This document shows, in pieces, positions 7,699-16,135 of a stretch of 32,000 bases of DNA. A program made the position numbers and the translations under genes. The notes beneath the pieces are model-generated. The model was not told where the DNA came from and did not search any database. It worked only from the letters and a program-made list of their open reading frames with translations. Origin of the DNA: Candidatus Saccharimonadota bacterium (GTDB lineage Bacteria > Patescibacteriota > Gracilibacteria > UBA1369 > 2-02-FULL-48-14); the NCBI GenBank assembly GCA_965230905.1, contig OZ246396.1:990001-1022000 (forward strand), in the 5' to 3' direction. The first letter of the stretch is position 1. Each line of letters opens with the position of its first letter.

Positions 7699-8742
7699 AT
7701 GACATTTTCAATTTTCCTCACGTCACTTGGACTCACCTCGGCATTCGGGTGGGCGGTTATGCGACTGTTCCCAAAATGGGGGCTCATGGATAGGCCGGAG
7801 CGGTACGGACACAAGCGCTCTCCCATTCCTTATCCGGGCGGCGTGGCGAGTTTTTTGGCCTTCTTGGCGAGCGCTCTATTGTTTCTGCCGGTTGCGGAAG
7901 GCAGCCCGGTGCTGATTGCGGTTTTGGCGGGCGCGAGCCTGCTGGCCTTCACCTGTTTTTTGGATGACCGTTTTGGGCTTTCTCCTTATCTTCGACTCTT
8001 CATTCAAATAATGGTGGCGGTGCTGGTGGTGGCGGGCGGCATTGGAATCAGTTCTATCACCAATCCCTTTGGCGGGGCGCTGGTGCTCGACGGCATCAAT
8101 ATTCCCATCGACCTCGGCAGCTTTGCTTTCACGCTCACCTTGTTTGCCGATCTGCTCACCATTATGTGGGTGGTCACCATGGTGAATGCGTTCAATTGGA
8201 TCGACGGGGTTCCGGGCATGGCCAACGCTAGCGCCGCGGTTTCCAGTTTTATTTTGCTGCTCCTCAGCATGCGTCCTGATTTTCATTATGTGGATCAAAC
8301 GCTGTCCATTACTTTGTCGGCGATTATTTTGGGAATCAGCTTGGGCTTTTTGATCTTTGATTTCCCCAAGCCTCGCATGCTCATGGGCGACACGGGTTCC
8401 ATGCTTCTCGGCTTTTTGCTCGCGGTCACGGCCATTATTTCCGGGGGGAAAATCGCGACCACTATCTTGGTGCTGGGCTTCCCTATTCTGGATTTTATTT
8501 TCACCATTCTCCGCCGACTCTTTAAAGGTCAGTCGCCGTTCACTGGGGATTTGTGGCATTTTCACCACCGTCTTTTAAAGGCCGGGCTCAGCGAACGCCA
8601 AGTGGTGATTTTGTTCGCGGTCACGGGCGCCGTCTTTGGAATTCTTTCGCTGCTGCTGCACACTGAAGGGAAGGTGATTGCCTTTGCGGCTATTGCGGCG
8701 GTCATGATGCTGCTTCTCACTTTGCTTTATTGGAAAAAATAA
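7699..8742 (+). CDS. Glycosyltransferase family 4 polyprenyl-phosphate HexNAc-1-phosphate transferase, WecA/TagO-like rather than MraY
   Basis: About 10 TM segments. NAFNWIDGVPGMA and MGDTGSMLLGFLLA. The cytoplasmic motif GDLWHFHHRLLKAGLSERQVV resembles the D..HlHHrLl..G.s motif of WecA/TagO-type enzymes, not the MraY PIHHHFE motif. Confidence 0.75.
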   Translation: MTFSIFLTSLGLTSAFGWAVMRLFPKWGLMDRPERYGHKRSPIPYPGGVASFLAFLASALLFLPVAEGSPVLIAVLAGASLLAFTCFLDDRFGLSPYLRLFIQIMVAVLVVAGGIGISSITNPFGGALVLDGINIPIDLGSFAFTLTLFADLLTIMWVVTMVNAFNWIDGVPGMANASAAVSSFILLLLSMRPDFHYVDQTLSITLSAIILGISLGFLIFDFPKPRMLMGDTGSMLLGFLLAVTAIISGGKIATTILVLGFPILDFIFTILRRLFKGQSPFTGDLWHFHHRLLKAGLSERQVVILFAVTGAVFGILSLLLHTEGKVIAFAAIAAVMMLLLTLLYWKK

Positions 8743-8777
8743 GTATTCTGGTCGCAGCTCATTCACGCCTACAATCC

Positions 8778-9317
8778 ATGAAAAAAACTCTCCTCGCCCT
8801 TTCGCTATTTACTTTGGTATTGGCTTCTTGTGAAGTGCGCACCAAGTCCAACGAAGAAGAGGCAGCCCTTCCCCCCGCGGAATTGGTTGAACTCAGCTCC
8901 GAAGGTGAACTCGTGCCGCTCATGCTCGAGGCCAGTTTTATGAGCGATCATCAAAGCTTTTCCTATTCCTTAAGCTACGACGGCAACTTGCTCAAGCTCA
9001 TGGACACCGACTTACAGGGTTCTTCTGTGGCTGGCCCCGATTTTAAAGTGGAAGGCGGAACGGAAATCACCGGCTACACCGAATGGCTTTCTGAACTCGA
9101 CGTCGTTCCGCAGCTCGCGGCTTCTCAACTCTGGGGGCGCTACCAAGTTTACCGCTACACCGTGCCTGATGGTATTTGTTCTTTAGACAAAGCCGTTATC
9201 CAGCATAAGGAGGAAGGCCTCGTGCTCCAAGTGCGCACCTGCAGCGACCAAGACGGCGTTCAAGGCAAGGAAGCTTTGGAGGCTTTGCTCACGGGACTTC
9301 GACTTCAAGATCTATAA
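8778..9317 (+). CDS. Hypothetical lipoprotein
   Basis: MKKTLLALSLFTLVLASC has a signal peptide with a lipobox (L-A-S-C). ATG 8778 is preferred over the track start at 8730. No recognisable domain. Confidence 0.7.
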   Translation: MKKTLLALSLFTLVLASCEVRTKSNEEEAALPPAELVELSSEGELVPLMLEASFMSDHQSFSYSLSYDGNLLKLMDTDLQGSSVAGPDFKVEGGTEITGYTEWLSELDVVPQLAASQLWGRYQVYRYTVPDGICSLDKAVIQHKEEGLVLQVRTCSDQDGVQGKEALEALLTGLRLQDL

Positions 9318-9336
9318 AAACATCTAACTTTTCCTT

Positions 9337-9798
9337 ATGAAAACCCCCTATGTTCTCGCTCTCGCCTCCATCCTTCTCATGGCTTGCTCGACGCAGCCAG
9401 TGGAAACCACTCCGGTGAATGATGCCCCTGAAGCGACTTCTAATGAAGTGATTTTTGAACCATTTGCCTTCACCTTACCTGAAGGAGCTTCTCTCGTTTC
9501 GCAAGAAGATGGAGTGGCTATCATTTCCGTTCCTGATTCCAAGTATGAAGTAGCGTTAAAAATGTACAGGGATGAGCCTGTGGCATATTCTCCAGTAGAA
9601 GGAGACGGGATCGAGGTCTTTCACGAGGGCTGTAGTGGTTATTGTATGACGGTGAATTATGATGGCCTCTCTCACCTATTTTGGATTGAGGTTGAGAGCA
9701 GTACCGAGCCAATACCAGAAGATTTAGATGGAGTTTGGAGGCAAGGGACTGAAGTCGATTTAGATGCATTTATGAATACGGTTCATCTGGCCGAGTAA
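9337..9798 (+). CDS. Hypothetical lipoprotein
   Basis: MKTPYVLALASILLMACS has a signal peptide with a lipobox-like L-M-A-C. No recognisable domain. Confidence 0.65.
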   Translation: MKTPYVLALASILLMACSTQPVETTPVNDAPEATSNEVIFEPFAFTLPEGASLVSQEDGVAIISVPDSKYEVALKMYRDEPVAYSPVEGDGIEVFHEGCSGYCMTVNYDGLSHLFWIEVESSTEPIPEDLDGVWRQGTEVDLDAFMNTVHLAE

Positions 9799-9901
9799 TT
9801 GACGTCCGTGGAAATTTGTAGCGTGGATCTTTGCCCGGGCAAAGTATCTTCGTGGTACAAAGATTTTGGTCAAAGATGGCTTGCGTGCTACTATCCCAAG
9901 C

Positions 9902-11659
9902 ATGGATCCGGTACTAGAAATTAAAGCGAAACTTTCTATTGAGGATTTGGTTGCACCGTATGTGCAGCTGAAACGCAGTGGAAAGTATTTGAAAGCGTGC
10001 TGTCCGTTTCACTCTGAAAAGACGCCGAGTTTTTATGTGAGCCCCGAGCGGCAGTTGGCTTATTGTTTTTCTTGCCACAAAGGCGGAGATCTCTTCCAAT
10101 TCATTCAAGACATTGAAGGAGTGGATTTCCGTGGAGCTCTGGAACTTTTGGCGGACAAGGCGCACGTGGAACTGCCTAAGTACTCTGAAAAACAAGCCAA
10201 GGTTTCCAAGGATGTGAAAGACCGATTCAAAGCAATTTACGCCGATGCGAGTAACTTTTTTGTTCAAAAATTGGGAGAGAAAGGAGATGCGGAAAAAGTG
10301 TATGCGTATTTAAAGGCGCGCGGTCTCACGGATGAGTCGATTAAAAAATTTCAGCTGGGATTTGTTTCGGACGGAAAGGATCAGCTTTACCGGCATTTAC
10401 TCGAGAAGGGGCACGAGAAGCAGGATTTGCTCGACAGCACTTTGGTGCTGGCGCGGGACAGCGGTTCGCAAGATATTACGGACCGGTTCAAGTTGCGGCT
10501 CATGGTTCCCATTCACAATGGGCAAGGTGAAGTGGTGGCGTTTGGAGGGCGCGCGCTTAAAAAAGGTGAGCAGCCCAAGTACCTCAACTCTTCCGAGTAC
10601 GCTTTGTACAATAAGAGCAGCCTTTTATACAATTTGAACCGAGCCAAAAACGCCCTGCGTGAAAAGGATTTTGCAGTGGTGGTGGAGGGTTATTTTGATG
10701 TGATCGCCTCGGACCAAGCTGGCATTGAAAACACGGTTGCTACCTGTGGAACCGCGCTCACGGAAGATCAGCTGAAGCTCATTCGTCGTATTACCAAGAA
10801 AATTGCCTTTGCCTTTGATAGCGACAATGCAGGGAAGGCCGCGCTGCTGCGCGGCGTACAGATTGCCCAGTCTATGGGCTTTGAGCTCTTTGTGGTGCAG
10901 AATTTGCATGGGAAAGATGCGGCGGATGCGGTTAAGGAAGATCCCAAGATTTGGAGCACGGCGGTGGAGAATAGGGTGCCTTACTTAGACCACTTTTTGA
11001 AGGAAGGGCAGACCTTGTATGACCTCAAGACTGCTCAAGGAAAGCGCGATTTTACCGATTACATGGTGGAGGTTCTACAGGGCACGCAACATCCGGTGGA
11101 ACTGGATCATTATTTAAAGGAACTTTCCAAGTTGGTGGGGTCGCCCACACGCATGCTTTACGATTATTTAAATCAGGTTAAATCGCAGCGTACCCACGCG
11201 CGAGTGAAGGCCGAGAAGCCGGAACTGGTGAAAATGGCGAAGAAGGAGCGCCTCGCGCGGCAGTTTATTGCGCTGCTTTTGGCCTACCCAAAACCCTTCT
11301 TTGAATCTTGGAAAATGCTGGAAAACTTTGAGCACTTTGAGAAGTTGGCGTTGGCCACGAACTTGATTGAACCTATGCATCGGCTGAGTCCGGAGCAGTA
11401 TCAGGATTTTTATACGCATTTTGAGTCTATTTTGGGAAACGAAACTCCTGTTTACAATAAGGTGATGGATTACTATAATGCGCAGGGCGTGGTGGATGAC
11501 TCGTTTTACGCTGGTCAAGAAAATGGACCCGAACTGAGAAAATGGGCCTTTGAGGCTGAGATACAAAATTCTCTGCCGGACGAGGTTCAAAAAGAATTTG
11601 AAAAATTGATCCTTCTGCTCTACTTCGAATCACTAATCCAACCGCATGGCTCGGACTAA
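9902..11659 (+). CDS. dnaG: DNA primase
   Basis: Zinc-ribbon [42 protein letters not shown] region [12 protein letters not shown]...[15 protein letters not shown] 9902 is preferred over the track start at 9866. Confidence 0.92.
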   Translation: MDPVLEIKAKLSIEDLVAPYVQLKRSGKYLKACCPFHSEKTPSFYVSPERQLAYCFSCHKGGDLFQFIQDIEGVDFRGALELLADKAHVELPKYSEKQAKVSKDVKDRFKAIYADASNFFVQKLGEKGDAEKVYAYLKARGLTDESIKKFQLGFVSDGKDQLYRHLLEKGHEKQDLLDSTLVLARDSGSQDITDRFKLRLMVPIHNGQGEVVAFGGRALKKGEQPKYLNSSEYALYNKSSLLYNLNRAKNALREKDFAVVVEGYFDVIASDQAGIENTVATCGTALTEDQLKLIRRITKKIAFAFDSDNAGKAALLRGVQIAQSMGFELFVVQNLHGKDAADAVKEDPKIWSTAVENRVPYLDHFLKEGQTLYDLKTAQGKRDFTDYMVEVLQGTQHPVELDHYLKELSKLVGSPTRMLYDYLNQVKSQRTHARVKAEKPELVKMAKKERLARQFIALLLAYPKPFFESWKMLENFEHFEKLALATNLIEPMHRLSPEQYQDFYTHFESILGNETPVYNKVMDYYNAQGVVDDSFYAGQENGPELRKWAFEAEIQNSLPDEVQKEFEKLILLLYFESLIQPHGSD

Positions 11660-12983
11660 AAAGTTTATTGCACATTTCTCGGAAGAGAATTTAGCGAAGT
11701 ATCCGCAAGAAGTCCGTGATCTGATCGATAAAGGCCGCCAACGCGGCTTCGTGACTCAGCAAGAACTCATGCACGCCCTCCCCAACCTGGAGGACGATAT
11801 TGAATTTGCCGATGAGGTGTACACGCTTTTGCTGGAACTCGGCATTGAACTGATTGATGTGAAAGACGAAATGATCTGGGGAAAGAAAGAAAAGGAAGAC
11901 GAGGAGCCTGCGGATGAAGATTTGATGGACGCTGAGCTGATCAAGCTGGCGGAATCAGAAGTGCTGGAAGGTGAGTTTGAAGAAACCACCGACGACGAAG
12001 AAGAAGTGCCTGAAGGTGAAGTCTCTGAGAAAAAAGATTCTAAGAAAAAGAAAGGAAAGGAGGAGGGAAAAACTGCAGCTGGCGCTGCAGCGGCAGCGGC
12101 CCCTGCGCCCATATTGAAAAAGAAAGAAAAAGTTAAAAAAGTGGTGGATCTTTCTGAGATCGCAAACGACTCGATTCGTATGTACCTTTGTGAAATCGGA
12201 AAGGTGGACCTTTTGACCGCTAAAGAAGAAGCTGAACTCGCGCGCAAGATTGCGAAGGGGGATCAATCCGCTAAGGCCAAGCTTGCTGAAGCGAACCTTC
12301 GTCTGGTGGTTTCCATTGCTAAAAAGTATATCGGCCGTGGACTTTCATTCCTCGATCTCATTCAAGAAGGAAACATTGGTCTGTTCCGAGCGGTAGAAAA
12401 ATTCGACCCAAACCGAGGATTCAAGTTCTCAACCTACGCAACTTGGTGGATTCGTCAGGCCATCACCCGCGCTATTGCGGACCAGGCTCGAACGATTCGT
12501 ATTCCGGTGCACATGGTGGAGACCATCAACAAGCTCACCCACACGCAACGACGACTCGTGCAGGAACTTGGGCGTGAACCGCTCATTGAAGAACTCGCGG
12601 CAGAAATGGATATGGATGAGAAGAAGGTTCGTCACATTTTGAAGATTTCTCAGGACATTGTTTCCCTTGAGGCGCCGGTTGGAGCTGAGGAAGACAGCAA
12701 GCTCGGAGACTTTATTGAAGATGACGATGCTTTGTCCCCTTCTGAACAAACGAACCGTCAGCTCATCAAAGAAAATATTCACGAGATGCTTCAATATTTG
12801 TCGCCTCGTGAACGTAAGATCATTGAGATGCGGTTTGGTCTTAAGGATGGAATTGGGCACACGCTCGAAGAAGTGGGAAATGAATTCGGTGTCACTCGTG
12901 AACGTATTCGTCAAATTGAAGCGAAGGTGCTGCACAAGCTGCGCGAACACCCAAAGAGTGTTAAGATCCGCTCCTATTTCTGA
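11646..12983 (+). CDS. rpoD: Primary RNA polymerase sigma factor (sigma-70 family, group 1)
   Basis: [92 protein letters not shown], and region 4 [24 protein letters not shown]. Overlaps the dnaG stop by 14 nt. Confidence 0.95.
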   Translation: MARTKKFIAHFSEENLAKYPQEVRDLIDKGRQRGFVTQQELMHALPNLEDDIEFADEVYTLLLELGIELIDVKDEMIWGKKEKEDEEPADEDLMDAELIKLAESEVLEGEFEETTDDEEEVPEGEVSEKKDSKKKKGKEEGKTAAGAAAAAAPAPILKKKEKVKKVVDLSEIANDSIRMYLCEIGKVDLLTAKEEAELARKIAKGDQSAKAKLAEANLRLVVSIAKKYIGRGLSFLDLIQEGNIGLFRAVEKFDPNRGFKFSTYATWWIRQAITRAIADQARTIRIPVHMVETINKLTHTQRRLVQELGREPLIEELAAEMDMDEKKVRHILKISQDIVSLEAPVGAEEDSKLGDFIEDDDALSPSEQTNRQLIKENIHEMLQYLSPRERKIIEMRFGLKDGIGHTLEEVGNEFGVTRERIRQIEAKVLHKLREHPKSVKIRSYF

Positions 12984-13018
12984 ACGCAAGACCTAACTGT
13001 TACTAACTAAACATTTTT

Positions 13019-13546
13019 ATGCCAACTAAAACTATGAAAGACACTGCTAAAAAGCAAATTGCATCCGCCGCTCAAACGGAAGAAGAATTGATGATGACCA
13101 AGGAAGGGCTCAAAGCGCTTCAGGATGAATATGAATTTTTGTCGACCACCAAGCGTAAGCAAATTGCTGAACGTTTGAAGGAAGCCATCAGCTACGGAGA
13201 TCTTTCTGAGAACTCTGAGTACGAAGAAGCCAAGAACGAACAAGCCTTCATGGAAGGACGTATTTTGGAACTTGAAGGACTTATTAAGATCGCTAAGGTG
13301 GTGGATGAAAAACAACACTCCAAGAAAGTGATCGAAATTGGGGCGAAGGTAAAAATCCTCAATGTTAAAAAGAAGGAAGAAATTGAAATCACCATTGTGG
13401 GAGGAACCGAAGCGGATCCTTTCAACAACCGTATCTCCAACGAATCACCAGTAGGGGTGGCTTTGGTGGGTGCTAAGGTTGGTGACATCGTGATTGTGGA
13501 AATGCCACACGGAAAAGCTGAATACGAAGTCTTGAAGCTCGCATAA
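13019..13546 (+). CDS. greA: Transcription elongation factor GreA (with ~25-aa N-terminal extension if the first ATG is used)
   Basis: MTKEGLKALQDEYEFL...RKQIAERLKEAISYGDLSENSEYEEAKNEQAFMEGRILELE. C-terminal ISNESPVGVALVGAKVGD. Confidence 0.9.
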   Translation: MPTKTMKDTAKKQIASAAQTEEELMMTKEGLKALQDEYEFLSTTKRKQIAERLKEAISYGDLSENSEYEEAKNEQAFMEGRILELEGLIKIAKVVDEKQHSKKVIEIGAKVKILNVKKKEEIEITIVGGTEADPFNNRISNESPVGVALVGAKVGDIVIVEMPHGKAEYEVLKLA

Positions 13547-13550
13547 ATAG

Positions 13551-13584
13551 AAATTTAAAAGACCCTCCGAGGAGGGTCTTTTTT
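13551..13584. terminator. Bidirectional rho-independent terminator between convergent greA and the pyrG-lgt operon
   Basis: The hairpin gaccctc-cgag-gagggtc (13561-13578) has a 7-bp GC-rich stem. It is flanked by an A-rich tract aaatttaaaa upstream and tttttt (13579-13584) downstream. Confidence 0.8.
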
Positions 13585-13595
13585 GTATTAGGTGT

Positions 13596-13979
13596 TTAGC
13601 GTTTGCTCTTCTTTTTGCCTTTCTTTTTCTTAGGTAAATATTTATCGGCTTTTTTCTTTTCTTCTTTCATTGGTTTGGCTTCAGCGGCTTTATCCATTTG
13701 CTTCCAATACCACACTCCGTAAACCAGCGCAGCCACAAAGATCAGCACCAGCCAGAGTCGCATCCCCATATAAGGAATGTTTTGATCGCGGAAGAAGGTG
13801 AACAGAAGGCCCAGCACAGAAAGTTCGCGCATACGGGCGGCGATGCCACTGGATTTTACCTTAAAGCTTCCCACAAAAACGGCAACAAAAATCACCATCA
13901 GGGGCCAGAAGTACATGAACTCGCTGCCGGGGCGGGTGTCGAAGAGGTACGAAGGGTCGAAGAGCTTAAAGGGATTCAT
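13596..13979 (-). CDS. Small hypothetical membrane protein with Lys-rich C-terminal tail
   Basis: 127 aa with three hydrophobic segments (FMYFWPLMVIFVAVFVGSF, LSVLGLLFTFF, LWLVLIFVAALVYGVWYW). The tail is KKKADKYLPKKKKGKKKSKR. Overlaps the lgt stop by 14 nt. Confidence 0.55.
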   Translation of the reverse strand: MNPFKLFDPSYLFDTRPGSEFMYFWPLMVIFVAVFVGSFKVKSSGIAARMRELSVLGLLFTFFRDQNIPYMGMRLWLVLIFVAALVYGVWYWKQMDKAAEAKPMKEEKKKADKYLPKKKKGKKKSKR

Positions 13980-14760
13980 GGGTGTGAGGTTTAGGGTTTT
14001 TATACCGTTTATAGAGGAAGGTTCCGCTCAGGAGGAAGAAAAAGGCGAAGAAAATCATAGGTGAGCGAACTCCCAGGATCAGGAGTGTATCATCCCCCCG
14101 GAAGAATTCAAGAATAAAGAGCCCCAAGCTCACCACGGTGCTGTAGTAGAGAGTGGAGTTTCCTTCTTGGTGGAAAAAGTGGGTTTTCTGGTTCAGGGCG
14201 TGTTTGATCCAAAGCACGGCGATTAAAAAGAGCAGCCAATAGATTTGAGTGGGGTGCACGGGCACGGTGTATTTCACGTTGTAAACTTCATAACGCACGC
14301 CCCAGAATAGGTCGGTGGGTCGTCCGTACGAATAACCGCCCAAAAAGGCGCCCACGGATCCGATGCCCATTCCCACCAGAAGTGGAACGGAAAGTGCGTC
14401 GAGCCACTTCCAGGTGTTTTCTTCGGACTTGCGGAGGCGATAAAAGAGCGCCAGGCAGAATCCGAGCAGCGCTCCCCAAAAAGAAAAGCCCTGATCCCAG
14501 ACGGAAACAAAATTCCAAATGGTGCGGAGGTCAAAACCTGGCAGGTAGGCGTCGGTGTGAAGGCAAAAGTAAAACACGCGGGAAACAATGATCGCGCTCA
14601 AAAAGAAAGTCATGCTGTGTTCGATGAACAAGGTGAAATTCACCCGGGCGCGTTTGAGCCGCTGAACGGCCAGGTAGCTGCCACTCAAAAGAGCGATGGC
14701 CACAAAGACCCATAAGGTTTGAAGAGAGATGAACTGTGACTCGTACAAGATCGGAATCAT
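13966..14760 (-). CDS. lgt: Prolipoprotein diacylglyceryl transferase
   Basis: Polytopic membrane protein. GGYSYGRPTDLFWGVRY matches the Lgt G..yGrPtd.pWgv motif. VHPTQIYWLLFLIAVL matches the hPtQlYe motif. Confidence 0.75.
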   Translation of the reverse strand: MIPILYESQFISLQTLWVFVAIALLSGSYLAVQRLKRARVNFTLFIEHSMTFFLSAIIVSRVFYFCLHTDAYLPGFDLRTIWNFVSVWDQGFSFWGALLGFCLALFYRLRKSEENTWKWLDALSVPLLVGMGIGSVGAFLGGYSYGRPTDLFWGVRYEVYNVKYTVPVHPTQIYWLLFLIAVLWIKHALNQKTHFFHQEGNSTLYYSTVVSLGLFILEFFRGDDTLLILGVRSPMIFFAFFFLLSGTFLYKRYKNPKPHTHESL

Positions 14761-14761
14761 C

Positions 14762-16135
14762 TCAAAGATTAAACACTAAACCGGCATTTAAAACAATGCC
14801 GAGCGGGATGACGAGCAGATTGCCCCATGCCTTGTAGCGCAGGTATTCCACACGGAAACTGAGCAGCACGTGCCACAAGAAAACGCTGAGCAGCAAATGG
14901 CGGAGCGTTTCGGAGCTGAGCAGGTTGAAATCGCCGGGGAGTGGGTTGCCGCCGGGGAAGACTTTGGCGCTCACATAATGGCTGAAAAAGTACGCCACCA
15001 GGTAAAAGGCCAGTAGCCAGGCCAGGAAGTGATTCACTTCTTCGGTGATGAGCGGTTCGGCTTCGGCGTCGGCTTTGGTGAGTTGTTTTCGTGCCAAAAC
15101 CATTTCTTTCAGCTCTTGCTTGAGTCGGTCGCGTTCGTCTAGGAGCGATTGGAGGCTTTGGCGAGCTTCTTCTTTGGTGCTGGCGCTGGCTTGCCACACG
15201 ATTTTTCGGTAGGTCCAGATTTGCCGACTCACGGTCGAGATTTTTTCGTGCATGGCCTTTTCTTCCGGCGTGGGCAGCAAAGTGGAAAGCCAAGCGGCGA
15301 TGCCTTGGAACAATTGGTTGTTGGATTCTTTGAGGCGGCTTTGCATGTCCTCCAGATTTTGGGTCAGGCCCACTTCAGCCGGTTTTTCGTGCAGCGTGGC
15401 CATGAGCTTTTGGGCTTCCAGGCGCAGGTGGTCGCGCTGGCCTTGCATCTGTTCTTTATGGAGGAAGAGCTCTTGGTCCTGCACTTTTTTCAAAAGTTCT
15501 TCGGAGGTGGTTTCAATATAATCCAAGTTGGTGCTGCTTTTGATGCGGAGCAGTTTATCGATGGTGCCTTGAATCAGCTTTTGCGAATCGGGTTTCAGCT
15601 CGCCTTGGTAGGTCACGAGCATGCCTTTTATTTTTTCTAGAATAAAATCCACTTTTTGGAGCAGGGCTTTGCGTTTCTCTTCAAATTCCGCGGTGATTTT
15701 TTTCTCTTCAATCACGCCTTTGTCGGTGACTTTATTTTGCGCATCGTATTCGGCTTTGAGCACCGTGAGGTCTTCCGCTTTCGCTTTGGCTCGTTCTTCT
15801 TCGCTGGCGCCGCTGGCCACCACGTAAGAAACTTCAAATTGGTACTCGTCCATCAGACGTTTGAAGGCTTTGTAGCGGTTGCTGGCGGGAATGGTCCCAA
15901 TCACTTTTTTTCCGGTTTTATCAAAGGCTTCAAATTCAAATTTGGGGAGGTCGGCGGTGGTGCCGGCTTCTTTGGTAACCGTTTGGGGCGGAGTCTCGGC
16001 GGTTTTTAAAATCGACAAAAGCGAAATGCCGAAGGTGTTGAGTTGCTTTCGGGCGTCTTCTTCATTTGCGGCGCCGATGAGTCCACTCAGCTTCTTCCCG
16101 GTACTATTGACCGCTGTGTATTGAAACTGCGCCAT
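14762..16135 (-). CDS. Hypothetical membrane protein: two N-terminal GspF/PilC-N-terminus-like motifs, a long coiled-coil and three C-terminal TM helices
   Basis: aa 1-43 MAQFQYTAVNSTGKKLSGLIGAANEEDARKQLNTFGISLLSI and aa 65-105 KFEFEAFDKTGKKVIGTIPASNRYKAFKRLMDEYQFEVSYV both follow the F-x-Y-x-A-x-x-x-x-G-K...A...L...G pattern found at the N-terminus of T2SS-F/PilC proteins. The remainder does not look like a T2SSF domain. The start overlaps the pyrG 3' end by 32 nt. Confidence 0.5.
   Translation of the reverse strand: MAQFQYTAVNSTGKKLSGLIGAANEEDARKQLNTFGISLLSILKTAETPPQTVTKEAGTTADLPKFEFEAFDKTGKKVIGTIPASNRYKAFKRLMDEYQFEVSYVVASGASEEERAKAKAEDLTVLKAEYDAQNKVTDKGVIEEKKITAEFEEKRKALLQKVDFILEKIKGMLVTYQGELKPDSQKLIQGTIDKLLRIKSSTNLDYIETTSEELLKKVQDQELFLHKEQMQGQRDHLRLEAQKLMATLHEKPAEVGLTQNLEDMQSRLKESNNQLFQGIAAWLSTLLPTPEEKAMHEKISTVSRQIWTYRKIVWQASASTKEEARQSLQSLLDERDRLKQELKEMVLARKQLTKADAEAEPLITEEVNHFLAWLLAFYLVAYFFSHYVSAKVFPGGNPLPGDFNLLSSETLRHLLLSVFLWHVLLSFRVEYLRYKAWGNLLVIPLGIVLNAGLVFNL

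Noticed and set aside
7876-8568. 230-aa minus-strand ORF inside the GT4 transferase gene (also 8004-8270 and 8295-8507)
   Set aside because: It is antisense to a well-supported polytopic membrane protein gene. The sequence is a low-complexity, basic, Arg/Gln/His-rich shadow.
9829-9844. Perfect 16-nt palindrome ctttgcccgggcaaag between the second lipoprotein gene and dnaG, as a terminator
   Set aside because: No U-tract follows (tatcttcg), and the stem is effectively only 6 bp. It could be a weak attenuator or a protein-binding site, but there is not enough evidence to call it.
11756-12989. Minus-strand ORFs of 163, 103 and 186 aa opposite rpoD
   Set aside because: These are shadows of the low-complexity acidic/Lys insert and of conserved sigma regions. 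The Ser-rich or Phe-rich repetitive translations are not credible proteins.
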